From Epiperipatus broadwayi (taxonomy: Eukaryota > Animalia > Onychophora): a stretch of DNA of 64,000 nucleotides. This document shows, in pieces, positions 51,984 to 64,000 of this stretch. How positions within the stretch are numbered: the first letter of the stretch is position 1; each line of letters begins with the position of its first letter. The DNA is taken from assembly GCA_028023455.1 (NCBI GenBank), contig JAQFVV010000011.1, positions 5,580,001 to 5,644,000 of the forward strand, written 5' to 3'. Under the pieces are notes generated by a model, which was given only the letters and a program-made list of their open reading frames with translations, did no database searches and was not told where the DNA came from. Position numbers and translations under genes: made by a program.

Positions 51984-54900
51984 ATTTAATTAAAATAATA
52001 TTTATTTATTTATTATCTATTTATGTGAATTAAAGAAAGTAAAACAAAATTTAAAAAGAAAAGATGGATTAGGAAGTTTTATGGATTATTTTCAAAGTTT
52101 ATATTATTATGTCAGCTATGCTGCTAAGGTGTATGACAAATAAGTTGAATTTTTTTTAAATATGTTCAAATCTAGCTTTTCACAAGTTTGTTCATATGAA
52201 GTAAAGAAGCACTTTACAATAATGGTAACTTAGAGGCTGAACACCACTGTTAAGTAAATATCACTGTTAAGCGACAGCCTTTTATATATATATATATATT
52301 CATAAACACAGCATTCAAGCAATGTGTGACAGCTAAGTCTATAAGAGTCATATATATAAAATAGAGATATAAGGATAAATTAAATACCTTACTTATTCTT
52401 AAAATATATGTATATTTTTCTTATAATGGCAGATAAATATATAATTATTAACACATATATTTATTGCATAGATGATGCTTAGGTTGTGAATTAATTTTTA
52501 AATGTGTAATACCAAAGAACTCTGTCTTTTCAAGTGTTGTCTCTTTTTTAAAAAAATTTTTTTTATAAAAAGGAATTAAGTTAGCAATTAACATTAGATG
52601 ATATAATATTATATTTAAATTGTTAGAGAAAGATACACAAATTCTATAAATAAATGGAAGCCATCTTAGAAAGTAGCATCCATTATAGTTTTGAGGCTTA
52701 GATGTTGACTATCTATTATCAGAAAAGCTTCTACAGTAGTGAGAACATAATTTAAAAGCAGTGATGTTATTATCAAGCACTGATAAATGAGTAGCCATTA
52801 TTATGAAGGGTTGCTGTATTTAAGAGGTTCTATGCAAGCATGAAAAGTTTAACAATAATTTTTTAACTTTTTATAAAGTGTATGTTGAAAATGTTGACAT
52901 GAATAATAAATACTCATGCGTTTTTAAAACAGCTTCACAAAACTGTGATAAAATTATGTCATTGGTAAAATATATGATTTTTAAAAACATTTCTAATAAA
53001 TCTGCTTTTATCACTAATTATTTATTTATCATATTAATTTTCTTTTCTTTTAGATAGCTTAACTACATAGTGTATTAACAAAATATCACAAGGGAATTTG
53101 TAAAGATTCCACTCTGGGAATTTTTCTTTCTTAAATATGTTACTTAACTAGACAGTGCAGAAATAAATTATCATAAGGGTGCTTGTAGAGATTTCAATCA
53201 GGAGATAAAATTACTATTCTGTCATTGAAGCCATAGATTAAACAGTCATTAATTATATAGTTCATGATTGTGTTTGGTTAATCTAATGTCAGTATCCATT
53301 TACATTCAATTATGAAGCAGATGATTACAACAATTATAGGTTATCCAAAATTGTTATTGAGATTCTAATTGCATCTAGAATATTCAAATCCAGCTGACTT
53401 TACCAAAATTTGGCTAGAATCTCAAAATTCTGCCATTTATACTATAATTCATTGGTTATAGATAAATGGAATCTTGATTTTATAAGAATCTTAGGTGGAA
53501 AAATTATATTGGCAAATTTGAATTATTTAATAGTGTTTATATTTTGTGTGAATTTTTTTTTTTTTCCTGATATTTATGGAGGAATATGTAGAAGAGCAGT
53601 TAACATTGCAAATGAGTATCCTTGAGAGCACCATTTATCATAATAATATTATGTAATTGAATATCCAAAAGTTTCATGTGGGAAATTTTTCTCTGAATAG
53701 TACACAGTATTTAACAACAGAATATGCTAATATAACTTTGTGAAGTCAGTCAGCTTTCCAAGGAGATTATTCCTAAAAATTAATTTAGATCTAACCATAG
53801 ATAAATGAGAAAAAATAAATTAGGCTATAATCCAATTTTACTTCTAAATAACAAAAGATATGATTATGTTTCAATCTATTATTGCAAAAGGTGTTCAGAT
53901 TATGACATGTTTTTCTGTGTTTCGGTTTTAGGAAGCAATATTTTTTGGGGAAGTCAAAGCAATATTATAAGCATAAGTAAATTTCCTGTTTTCTGTTCTG
54001 GAAGATCACTGATAATAATAAACTAGGTGAGAAAATTGAATCCTGTGATTTTTGTATGTACTATGAATATCATTTTGTGTTATTTGAATTTTTGTATTGA
54101 AAAGCATTTTGTTAATTAAATTAATGGTTTTATTGCCTTTAAAGGTTTTAGAAACTTTTAAAAAAAGAACATTTTTCTGATAAGAAACATAAGTTGGATG
54201 CTAGATCAATAAAGGTAGTAACAGTTTTTAATTTATTTTGAAAATTATTTTCATTATCTATTGTTAATGATAAAACTTGTTTATATCAGCTTCTTCCTAT
54301 CCTATAGACAGATCCTTCTATAGGTAAATGATGCTTAGTGCAAGATTTTTATTAATATGGTTCTTATCTTGAAGGAAACATAATAATAATGGTCAATAAT
54401 ATTGTAATCATTGTTGGATTTATTTAGTTTTAAGGCTGCTAAATTTTTGGAATAATTTATATATGAGAAAGGTTATTGGATAGTTTTCCAACCGTGCTTT
54501 GCCTTTAAGTTCTAAACTTTTTAGAAACTTTGGGGAAATGTTTCTTTTCCTGACATCCTTCCTGATTTAAAATAATAAAGAGCAAGGTCGAGTTCACCAT
54601 CTTTTACTCATTTACTAGTTTGATATTAGAACATTGTGAAAAAAAGCTTGAAGGTCTTCTCTAGTGATGCTTTTTCTTATTCTATCAATATTGAATTTAA
54701 AAATCTGATATATAAGATAGATAACTTATTAGCTATAACATAATAGATCTTTTAGAAGTGCTTTTACAACTATTTAGTTTATATAAAAGTGACCTAGTTT
54801 TCCAACTAAATCTTATAAAGTTTTTTCTTCTTCCATGATCACTTCCTTTTTTTCTCTTGGCATTATCCACTGATTTTTCACAAGTTTGCCAGAAATTTGA

Positions 54901-56204
54901 TCTTTAGTAGATAAAAATTGACTATAAAAAGCACTACTGAATTTGTTTAATCTGGAATTAATCACTTTTGATATTCAAGAATGATGCATTCTTTGACAGT
55001 TGTTATTATGAATTTTTTAAATTTATTATAGCAAGAGGGGATTGGAAAAATTGTATTAAAAATCTGTTTGAAATATCCAATATATTGACTCCTGTTAGCT
55101 TTTTGTCAATTTCATCTTGGAATAAGATAACATTCAATCATAGAAATTTGGATTCCAAAAGTAATCATCTATGTTATGTATGAAGGAAAGATCCAATATC
55201 ATTAGTTCAGAAGATAATAATAAACTTTTTTTTAAATATCAAAATAAAAACACAAATCAGGATGTATCTCTTCCCAATTTGCCTGAATGAATATTCCTAT
55301 TTACTTAGCAGCATAAAATAAATGCATGTTCATGCATTCTAAAAGTTGACAAACTTATTAATTCTCATTTGTAAATGCAAAAGATATAGGAAAATTTGGA
55401 AGAGAGACATATTGCCAGTTTGTATTGGAAAATTCATAATATTGCATATGTGAAAAATATATCTAAATGCTAATTGCAATCTCATTTGCATTCTCTTCAA
55501 TAGAATTTAATTGCCTTTTGAAGCAAAAGTAGTTATTCTATATTTAAAACACATTCTTTTAAGAATAAGTGCAAATCCAGAAATTTTAAGAAGATGCACA
55601 TTATTAGAAAAATGATGAATCTCCTGAATTGCATTTACATTAATGTTGTACTGAGTAATTAATTTGTAAAAGATTTTCATTTTTGATTTTGATATATCCT
55701 TAATGTTAGGTTGAAGTAATTTTATTGTATTTACTAAAAAAGATTATCACTCTGTTAAGGGTTTGTCTGATATTTGAGGTGTTCTATGGTTCTAACATCA
55801 TGTTGTTTTTCATTTTGAGAACATATGACCCTCACTTTTGTAGGCACATTTGTTTTCCACAATACTATAAGAGAATATATCAGAGTTCCTCTTAATAGCT
55901 TTATTCTGTGTTTTTATAATTTGCTGTCTTAGTTCAGGGGTTCGTCGAGATAAAATCTGATTTTCATATGTAAACAATTTTGTAAGGATGTCATCTATTC
56001 ACTTATCACTTATCATATAATGGAAAGAAAAAAAGCTAATTTGAAGAAAAACAGCAAAGAAATAGTTTTTATTGGAGACATTTTTAACCATTCACTGAAC
56101 TTTGTCTTACATTACTGTATATAGTTATTAAAACAAATTTTTAATTTGATAATAAATTGATTTAAATGTGTGTATAATGGGATGAAGTTTGAATTAACAA
56201 GATT

Positions 56205-56482
56205 TATCAGTGACATTATTAGAAGAATTAAGAGACTGAACTGGAGTCAGGCAGGACTTACTACTAGAAAGGATGCTAATAAATGAATGGTTTATTTCTT
56301 AAACTGGATCATAAGAGATTATTAAAAACTTAGGAAGACTTCACATGTGAGATGGATGAAATAAAAAATGTTTGCTGATATAATGTGGATAAGAGAGGCT
56401 GGAGATTGGAGAAACTGGATTAAATTTAAAGAGACCTTCATTTTTCAGAGGATCATTATTGTTTGAAAATGGTGATAATGAT
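56205..56482 (+). pseudogene. Decayed RTE 3' fragment (same family as the 23-26 kb element)
   Basis: Aligns to the LKWSWAGH...WIKL.ETFI.Q region and the GATAATGAT tail of the full-length copy. Confidence 0.8.
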
Positions 56483-56620
56483 ATTTTTAGATAATTATTG
56501 AATGAGTAATTAATTCACAGAATCAAAAGAATCCAGATAAATACAATAATAATAAAAAATAATGAATTTATATATATATATAAAGGAAATCAAAATATAG
56601 TTCAGCCCCATTTCACTTTA

Positions 56621-57120
56621 ATCATTATTTTCATCATTTTCAACTATTATCAGTCCATTTCAGAATGTTCTATCCAAGTTCAATACTGTTTTCTCGTCTC
56701 TAACTCTACCTTCTCTTTTTTACATTACTCCAGCACACTTCCTTATTTTATTCATTCATCTCTCATGTTGTCTCTTTCTAGCTCTTATACAACTTATTAG
56801 AATCCAGTTTTAGATTTCAACTGTCCATCTATTATATTTTCTAGTAATATGTCTATCTCAACTCCACTTTAGTCTTAACCCTTTCAATGATGTCAGTAAC
56901 ACTTCTTTTATTTTCTCACCCATGTATTTTATTTTTGTTACTCCTAATGTGCATCTCTCCATTGAATTGTTTGAAGACTCTGTATTGCTCTTCTATTAAG
57001 TATCCAAGTTTACCAGTTTTTACTTATGGATCTGATACTTGGATACTGCAAACCACTCAACAAAGTATGGGGAAATGTATGTTAGGAGTATGGGTGAGAG
57101 AACAAACAGGTATTACTGAC
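56621..57120 (-). pseudogene. Decayed RTE 3' fragment (minus, 56621-57011) fused to an inverted, internally deleted RTE piece (plus, 57012-57120)
   Basis: The minus part matches 23170-23570. The plus part translates PVFTYGSDTWILQTTQQSMGKCMLGVWVREQTGITD. Confidence 0.8.
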
Positions 57121-58543
57121 AGTGGAGTTCTTTAAAACATATTTAGATATAACATTTGCTTGATGAAAATTTGATTTTTTTTCTATACTGCAGTTAAGAA
57201 ACATGGTGACACTTATTTTATTTTACTTTCATTTTATGGCACTTTCTTGGGAAATTTGTGGAAATCAAATTTTTTCTTTTGCTCTTAATGAACTTTTACA
57301 TTCAACATTAGGAAAGAGGCTAAAACTGGTGCATTTCTTGAGACCACAAAGAACACAATATTATTCCCCTTCACAAAGCTAAAATCCCATTATAATAATG
57401 AGCAAAAATATTATTGTATTTTTTATTTTAATTCAAATTTTTTTTTTGATTTATTTTAATTTTGAATTTTTTGGGTAATTTCAAATATTTATAGTTTGAA
57501 TTTTTTCTCTCTCTCTCTCTTTTTTTTTTTTTTTTGATTTCAAGTTAAATGGTTTTCTTATAAATACATCTATAATATATTACCAAAATAAATAAACTGT
57601 ATTATATAAATTAATTTTTTAAGCCACTTTGTTAAACTTGGTAAGTGTATCTTATAAAATATATAAACTTTACAGTAAAAGTGAGAATTTGCCAGTGTAA
57701 TAGTTTTTCTGATTCTAAAATTATTAGATGTTTTTTTTTTACTTTTAAATTGTTTTATTAACTCCTGGGTGATAGGTGCAGTGTGAATACGTACCACATA
57801 CCTTTTAGTAAATTAAAATATGTAGCAGATTAGCAATTTTCTCACACTCTGTTTCACCATGAAGTTTTATTTGAACCCTGAAGGCTTTTTTTTTACATTA
57901 TACATTTTTTAACAATAATTCAGTAGTAAATGTTACAAGTTTATAAACTTTTTGAGAAAAAAAAACATCCCGAGTGAGATCAACTTATTTTGATGTGTAA
58001 ATAATAATAAATCATTAAATTTTCAAATGTTATTTCTATTCATATTGTTCATTTATAGCATAATATAAACTATTTTTCTATTGTGGTAAATATTTTTTCT
58101 TTCTGTTTTTGACATATTTAAATATTAGTAAATTGTAGTACAAAAAAAAAAGTTTAAATAAAAATAAGAATTTTTTTTTTCTTAAGAAAAAAAAAGGAAA
58201 ATATTCTTTTTATATATATCTTTCATTAAATTTATTAAAAACTTTTTTTTTTCCGATCCTGATAATAAAGTCTGCAAGTCATATGTGCAATATAGGGATT
58301 TCAATAAAGTATGTATTTGTGAACAATTACAAATATATATTCATATTTTACAGCGTATTGGGCATAAATGTTATTGCGTTTATATTTAGAATGTATTAAA
58401 AAACAATTTTAAAATAAAGAAATTTTTACAATATTACAGATAAATATTCCTAACTTTAATACTAAAAAGTGCAAAAAAATAATGCTATAGTCATACTGTA
58501 AAACAATTTAAATTTTAATATAAAACTAATAGAGTTATTAAGT

Positions 58544-58637
58544 GGCTGCAGAACGAAGTTTGTTATGAACTGAAAGGGAATCCTTTGATTCCTCTTTGAG
58601 AACTGAGTGAGAGGAATTGCTAATATTCAATCCATGT
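58544..58637 (+). pseudogene. Isolated RTE 5' UTR fragment (P1 + J1/2 of the HDV-like ribozyme)
   Basis: GGCTGCAGAACGAAGTTTGTTATGAACTGAAAGGGAATCCTTTGATTCCTCTTTGAG aligns to the minus strand from 26465, with a 10-bp deletion, through TCCAT. Confidence 0.8.
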
Positions 58638-59244
58638 GATTAGTCATATTGTAAACAAATATGGATAGGTTTCACAACAATATTCATCATTTAGCATGGG
58701 GAGTTTATTGATCTTTTACTATGACAATGAGGCCTTTATTTATAATGAGTCTCCATCTATTGAAAAAAGTATGATTAAAGATTTTTAAAAATTTACAGAA
58801 ATATTCACATAAAATACAAAACTAATAAATGTTAACGGAGGAATTTGAAATACCACCATTATATCAAGAGGTACTGCAACAGTACCACCATGAAATAGTT
58901 TATTTATCAAATCAAGAGGCTAGAGGGCTTTCTTTTTTGCTGATAAAAATATGTGTACTATATTTATTTTTTTAAAAAAAAACCAACAGTAGTTGATATA
59001 AAATTAAAAGTCAATGAAATAAATACAAGTTTATTTTCTATATACAAACACATAAATGTACACATATATCAAATATATATTTTACATAGAATGAATAAAA
59101 AACGATATACTATTGTATAATATTTGAAACTCTACGTATGAGAATCTATAACAAGAATATGACAAGCAGTTGTAAATATTATACATTATCATATAGATTT
59201 TTGGTTTTGCATTTGACAGAAACATATGTGCATATATAAAATAC

Positions 59245-59802
59245 GGGTCGTGTGAAAGTCTGAGTTCGAACCTGCACATATTACATATATAAATGCAGGT
59301 TTAAGCCTGTACAATATATTAATTTAGATAAATAGTGTGTAAAAGGTCTGCCCATCCCTCGCATATGTATATATAAATGGATTATTCTCCTGTACATGAG
59401 GGGTCAGAATGACTAATATGTCAACATGGGTAGGATGACAACCTTGGCACTATCAAGGGCTTTGAACGTTCCATCATCAGATTTTCAATGAAATGGAAGG
59501 CTAAAGAGTTGTGAGTTGGAATAGTTTGAAGCCTGTCCATTAAAGTATAAATATTGGCTATCTTAATATAAAGCTGAGTACTGATTATATATATGTGTGA
59601 GGATAGTAATCTAGACTAACTGATGATTGCTGGTTTAGCATGAAATATGTATATTGGTGATTATTTATCTTTTCAACATGTGGGTGATCAGTTGGGTCAA
59701 CAATATGAGATTGCACTGAGACTGGTGGGTCGTGTGAAAGTCTGAGTTCGAACCCTGCACATATTACATATATAAATGCAGGTTTAAGCCTGTACAATAT
59801 AT
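59245..59802 (+). mobile_element. Partial tandem of a 482-bp unit (75-bp direct repeats) with HHR and tRNA-like A/B boxes
   Basis: Near-identical repeats 59245-59319 and 59727-59802. A-box-like TGATCAGTTGG (59685-59695). B-box GAGTTCGAACC(C) (59262 and 59744). HHR at 59615-59658. Possible TSD ATATATAAAA (59232-59241, 59797-59806; low complexity). Confidence 0.7.
59615..59658 (+). ncRNA. Minimal type I hammerhead ribozyme (slightly decayed)
   Basis: ACUAA-CUGAUGA-U-UGC UGGUUUA GCA-U-GAAA-UAUGUA-UA-UUGGU. Helix I is ACUAA/UUGGU. Helix III AUAUGUAU is one transition from the palindrome AUACGUAU. There is a U-U pair at 10.1/11.1. Confidence 0.6.
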
Positions 59803-62800
59803 AAAAGCATTAAGAAATTTTTTTCAGAATCTATCCAACAATAAGAGATTAATTAAATAATTCTGATTACTTGATAATGTTTGATGATCTGCTTGCATTT
59901 ACTTATTAATATTTGTTTAAAATCTTTGATGTTATTTTTATAAAATATGAATGAATTAAAATAATTGTTATATTTAAGATAAAAAGTGCATTCCAAGATA
60001 TCCTAAAATAAAAATACTAAAAAAAATATCTCAAAATCTTTTATTTTGATGAGTGCATAGTAATGTAAGCATTGATTGTTTTATGTTAGTTAATAAAATA
60101 AAGGAAAAATATTAAAAATTCAATTTTAAATTTCTGAATATATAAACAGAATGTAAGATTGGATCTTAATAATAAACTCATTTGATAAGAGTTCTTTAAG
60201 AATAAAAATAGATTTTCATTCTAATAGCATAAATATCCAGGAAGATATTTTTGCTATGCTAGAGGCTTAAGGTTGGGCTAAGGCAGATGGATTACTTATA
60301 ATTCATAAACAATTTATAAGAGTTAATCAAATATTATAATAATATATGATATAGTATTGACAGAACTATGACTAATTTTTGTCTAAATTTTCATTGTAAA
60401 AAAAGCTGGAAAATGGAATAAAAAGAAATATATAGACAATTTCAACATGAACAACAATCAATCAATAGATAATCTGATAGCCAAATAAGTTCAAGAGTGT
60501 TCTCATCTTCTTTTTTCAACTTTAAATAATTATTGAAAAAGTGAAGTCAACTAGTTAAAACAAATCAGCAATTAGTCTTGTTGAATATTGACATTTTAAA
60601 TAAATTAAAATAAATATGAGATCAATTTTGATGTACTACTACTATCTTCCAATTTTTTTTTGTTAATGCATATGAGACACATCTTCATATTATATTTGGT
60701 AAATATTGTTTCCAGAAAGAAGTGATTTGTTTTAGAAAAATATTTGAGATCACAGATTTGCTACTAGTGAATTAAAATATTTAGAAATTTTAGGAAACTC
60801 AACCCATCTTTCATTTGATTATTATGTTATAAGGTGATTATGGGCTTTCCATGATCATTCTAAGATACAGCCCAACTATTTCTTATATCAATTGTCTAGA
60901 TCACTGGATTATTGATTGCAATGTCAGAAGATGTAAAAGATGTTACTACTTGGATTATCACATATTGTTTGCTCAAAAATGAAACTAATGAAGTGACCCA
61001 AGGAAGTGATTTTAAAGCAAAGATAAAATGCTACATGATAGACATCAAACTGTGATTGATCTAAACGCACTTAATTGATTTATTTTAATTGATGAAAGCT
61101 GTAATCATTTCATCTGAAAGATTTTAAAATCAAATTTTCTTGTAATAGTTAATTTTGGGAAAATCTTACATACAAATAGATCTGTTAATAATTTTCATTA
61201 GATTGGAAATTATCCACTTAATGAATAATATTTCATTAGTATAATTTTTACTATACCATTCTCATAATAAGGTAGGGACTGGTTTCTATCTGCTTTTAAT
61301 ATCTTGTGGAGGTGGTGTAATCATAACTATATGACCAAAGACATGTGAAAAAGATGTTTTAATTATCATATGCTTGTGATTACACCCTTCTACAAGGTGT
61401 TAAAAATGGATTGGGGATCATAAATCTTTTTCCATGTCTTTGTTCATATGATTATGATTACACTACTCTACAAGTGAAGTGAAAATTACAATACAGAAAT
61501 ATTATTCATTAAATAGATCTGTTGATGCATTTCTAGTTTATAAAGAATAAGTTTATTGTTTATAGACTAAATTTTTGCTTGAAGTCGATTATTATGAAAG
61601 TATAACAGGTCATTTTAGGCACAATAAGTAGGCTTTCATCATTGTATGGAAAAAATAAGGAAATTCTTTAAATGATAAAATAATGTTTATATTTCTAAGA
61701 AATTTTTATAATTTGGATTTTCGGGAGGTAAATTCCAGGATAAAGTCAACAAAAGTTATCATAACTTTTAAATTATCATGATATAGATGTTTTTGGATAT
61801 AAATGAGATACCAGGCTTCTAATGTTTATCATATTTTTACATAGGGGAAATATAAATTTTAATTTATATCAGATTGTAATGTAGATTTATTTATTTTTTA
61901 TAGTAATATATTCAGTCAAATTTTAAAGATTGATATTGTTAAATTTTAAATACTTTTTTAGTAAAGTATTTAATGCCATTAAATGATAATTAATCATTGC
62001 CACATAATTATGAAAGTGAATCTATCATCAAACTCAACAATCCAACAATAGATTAAAGTTATATACTTTAATAAAATAATATATATGCTTTTTGCATAGA
62101 AATAAATAAATTAAATTTAAAAAAACCATTATACAACAAATATTATATTTTTTTAATTTATGAAAACCTGTTTTGATAATGTTTTATTGTCCTCTTCATT
62201 GTAACATACATCTTCATTACTAATGAAGGCAAACACCAGAAAACCCATCTGTAGTTGTAATAGCACTGTACAAGCTTAAGATCTGTTGAGTATTTATTTA
62301 ACTTACAATAAATAGCTCTAGAATGAAGGAAGGCAATAAAATTGCTCTTGAATATTATATATGGTAACCTTAAACATCTCTTTAATATATATGCTACACT
62401 CTCTGTGAAGCTTTTGTGAATTAAAAAATTACAATATTTGTTTTGAATACTTTTTTTCAGTTTTTTTTTTGTTTATTTAAATTTTATACAATATGGTTTT
62501 ATTAAAGACTTTATATATTTTTATTTTGAATTTTTTCACTAGCTTCTTTAAAAATGATTGTGAATTGGGGATATGTAGTTTAATTTTAAGAAATTAATTA
62601 TTAAATTTTGTTTGTAGCAATTAAAAAATAATAATAATAACTTTTTGCCATAATTATATAAATGCAAAGTTTAAAATAGTTATATAAGCAGGATTAAGGA
62701 ATGCTTTTATTTTTTAATAAACTAAAGAAGTTAATTAAAAAAGAAAAACTTGTAAAAAAACCCAAACGCGTAATAATAAAGTGTATATGCTCAAATAAAA

Positions 62801-63124
62801 CAAAAAAATGTATTATTTGTTGAGATGAATTTATTTTTTTGAAAAAGCAATTCATATTGCACCAGAAAAGTATTACATTTGTATCTTATGTATATATTTT
62901 CATCATTTATATTTGTAATGGTTTAATGTTTTGTTGGAGCAATATTTTGCATAAAATAAAAATGTTGATCATAGAAAAGAGAAGTAAAGCAATTGAAATC
63001 TTTTAAGTTATAGCTGTGAAAGAAAATGTAAAAGATGTCTTGAGTAGATAAGATTAAGACTATTACTGAAGTATTAATAAAAATAATTCATTGAAAGATA
63101 TTTGTTAAGGAAAGCTTTTATTAG

Positions 63125-63127
<3 letters not shown>

Positions 63128-63184
<57 letters not shown>

Positions 63185-63210
63185 TGATGATGATGATGAT
63201 GATGATGATG
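63128..63210. repeat. Compound microsatellite (TAA)n(TGA)n
   Basis: About 18 TAA units followed by about 10 TGA units. Confidence 0.97.
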
Positions 63211-64000
63211 CTGTTGCTGTTTATAAGGAAAGGAAGACTAATTGATAAATCTTAAGAAAATAATATTTACTTTACTTTGTTAGATATGATGTAGAAGAGT
63301 GGTACTTGTGACAGGTATTTATTGAATACATATCAATTTTTTTTAAAAAAATATCATGTCCATTTCAAACGTAGCCATTTACCAGCATAAAAAATCAAAC
63401 TTAGTCTCTCACTATGCATATATTCATTAGATGAGGTATTGGAATTAAATATCTGGAACACACCCCCCCCCCCCATGGTAATTCAATATTTTTCTTCTTC
63501 ACTGTTTTCTTGAAACTTAAGGACTGTTATTATTGCACTATAAATATTTGCAATTTTTTATTTATTTTCGTCATGATGAGAAAAATGTTTTTGTCAATAA
63601 GTAATTTATTTCATAATTAATTAACCTATTATACTTCATTATACAATGTTTTAAAAATAAGTCATTATGAAAGTGGTGGTCAAAATTGGAAAAGAATAAT
63701 TACTATAAATATAGTATATATATAAATTTCAGTCTACTCTAAAGCTATATATTGTAAGCTGATCATCAGTAGACATTAAGTGGTATATTGCTATTATATC
63801 ACCTTTCGATTTATAGCTTTTTCTTCATCAATGAGGACTCTTGTATCTAACAGCCATTTTTTACATCTCCATACTATTCAAGCTAATAACTTGAAATTAA
63901 AAAAACAAACAAAAATCCAAAACTTAATGTAAAAGTAGCTGGTTAATGCATAAGCATTATGAGTTTTAAGTTGTCATCGATGAAGGCAAAAGCCACAAAC

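Noticed and set aside
59455-59485. Second, antisense CTGATGA in the 59-kb element
   Set aside because: No intact GAAA core or helix I could be drawn.
60923-61057. 44-codon frame MSEDVKDVTTW...
   Set aside because: No splice context or recognisable homology.
1-64000. CRISPR arrays, rRNA, intact tRNA genes, prokaryotic operons
   Set aside because: None seen. The tandem repeats lack unique spacers, and the tRNA-like segments cannot form a full cloverleaf.

Overview
Very AT-rich, strongly CpG-depleted animal genomic DNA (invertebrate-like; the taxon cannot be fixed from sequence alone), mostly intron/intergenic and dense in transposons. The only long ORF is a near-intact, full-length RTE-clade LINE (APE endonuclease + RT, minus strand, 23166-26467) with an 8-bp TSD. 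Its 5' end folds into a complete HDV/CPEB3-like self-cleaving ribozyme. Also present: a decayed Penelope-like element (PLE), a ~750-bp PLE-derived palindrome, two partial-tandem ~460-480-bp units that each pair a minimal hammerhead ribozyme (HHR) with a tRNA-like Pol III A/B-box cassette, solo LTRs, hAT, pogo/Tigger-like and Merlin DNA transposon derivatives, an Ingi/Vingi-like LINE 3' end, scrambled RTE fragments and microsatellites. Three short plus-strand exons (7783-7827, 22824-22864, 43360-43420) splice in frame to a C-terminus ending -ISKV*, suggesting the 3' end of an unidentified large host gene (inference). The most interesting signal is the recurring HHR + tRNA-like cassette architecture, seen in three unrelated elements. 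All structures and alignments were read by eye; no database search or folding program was run.
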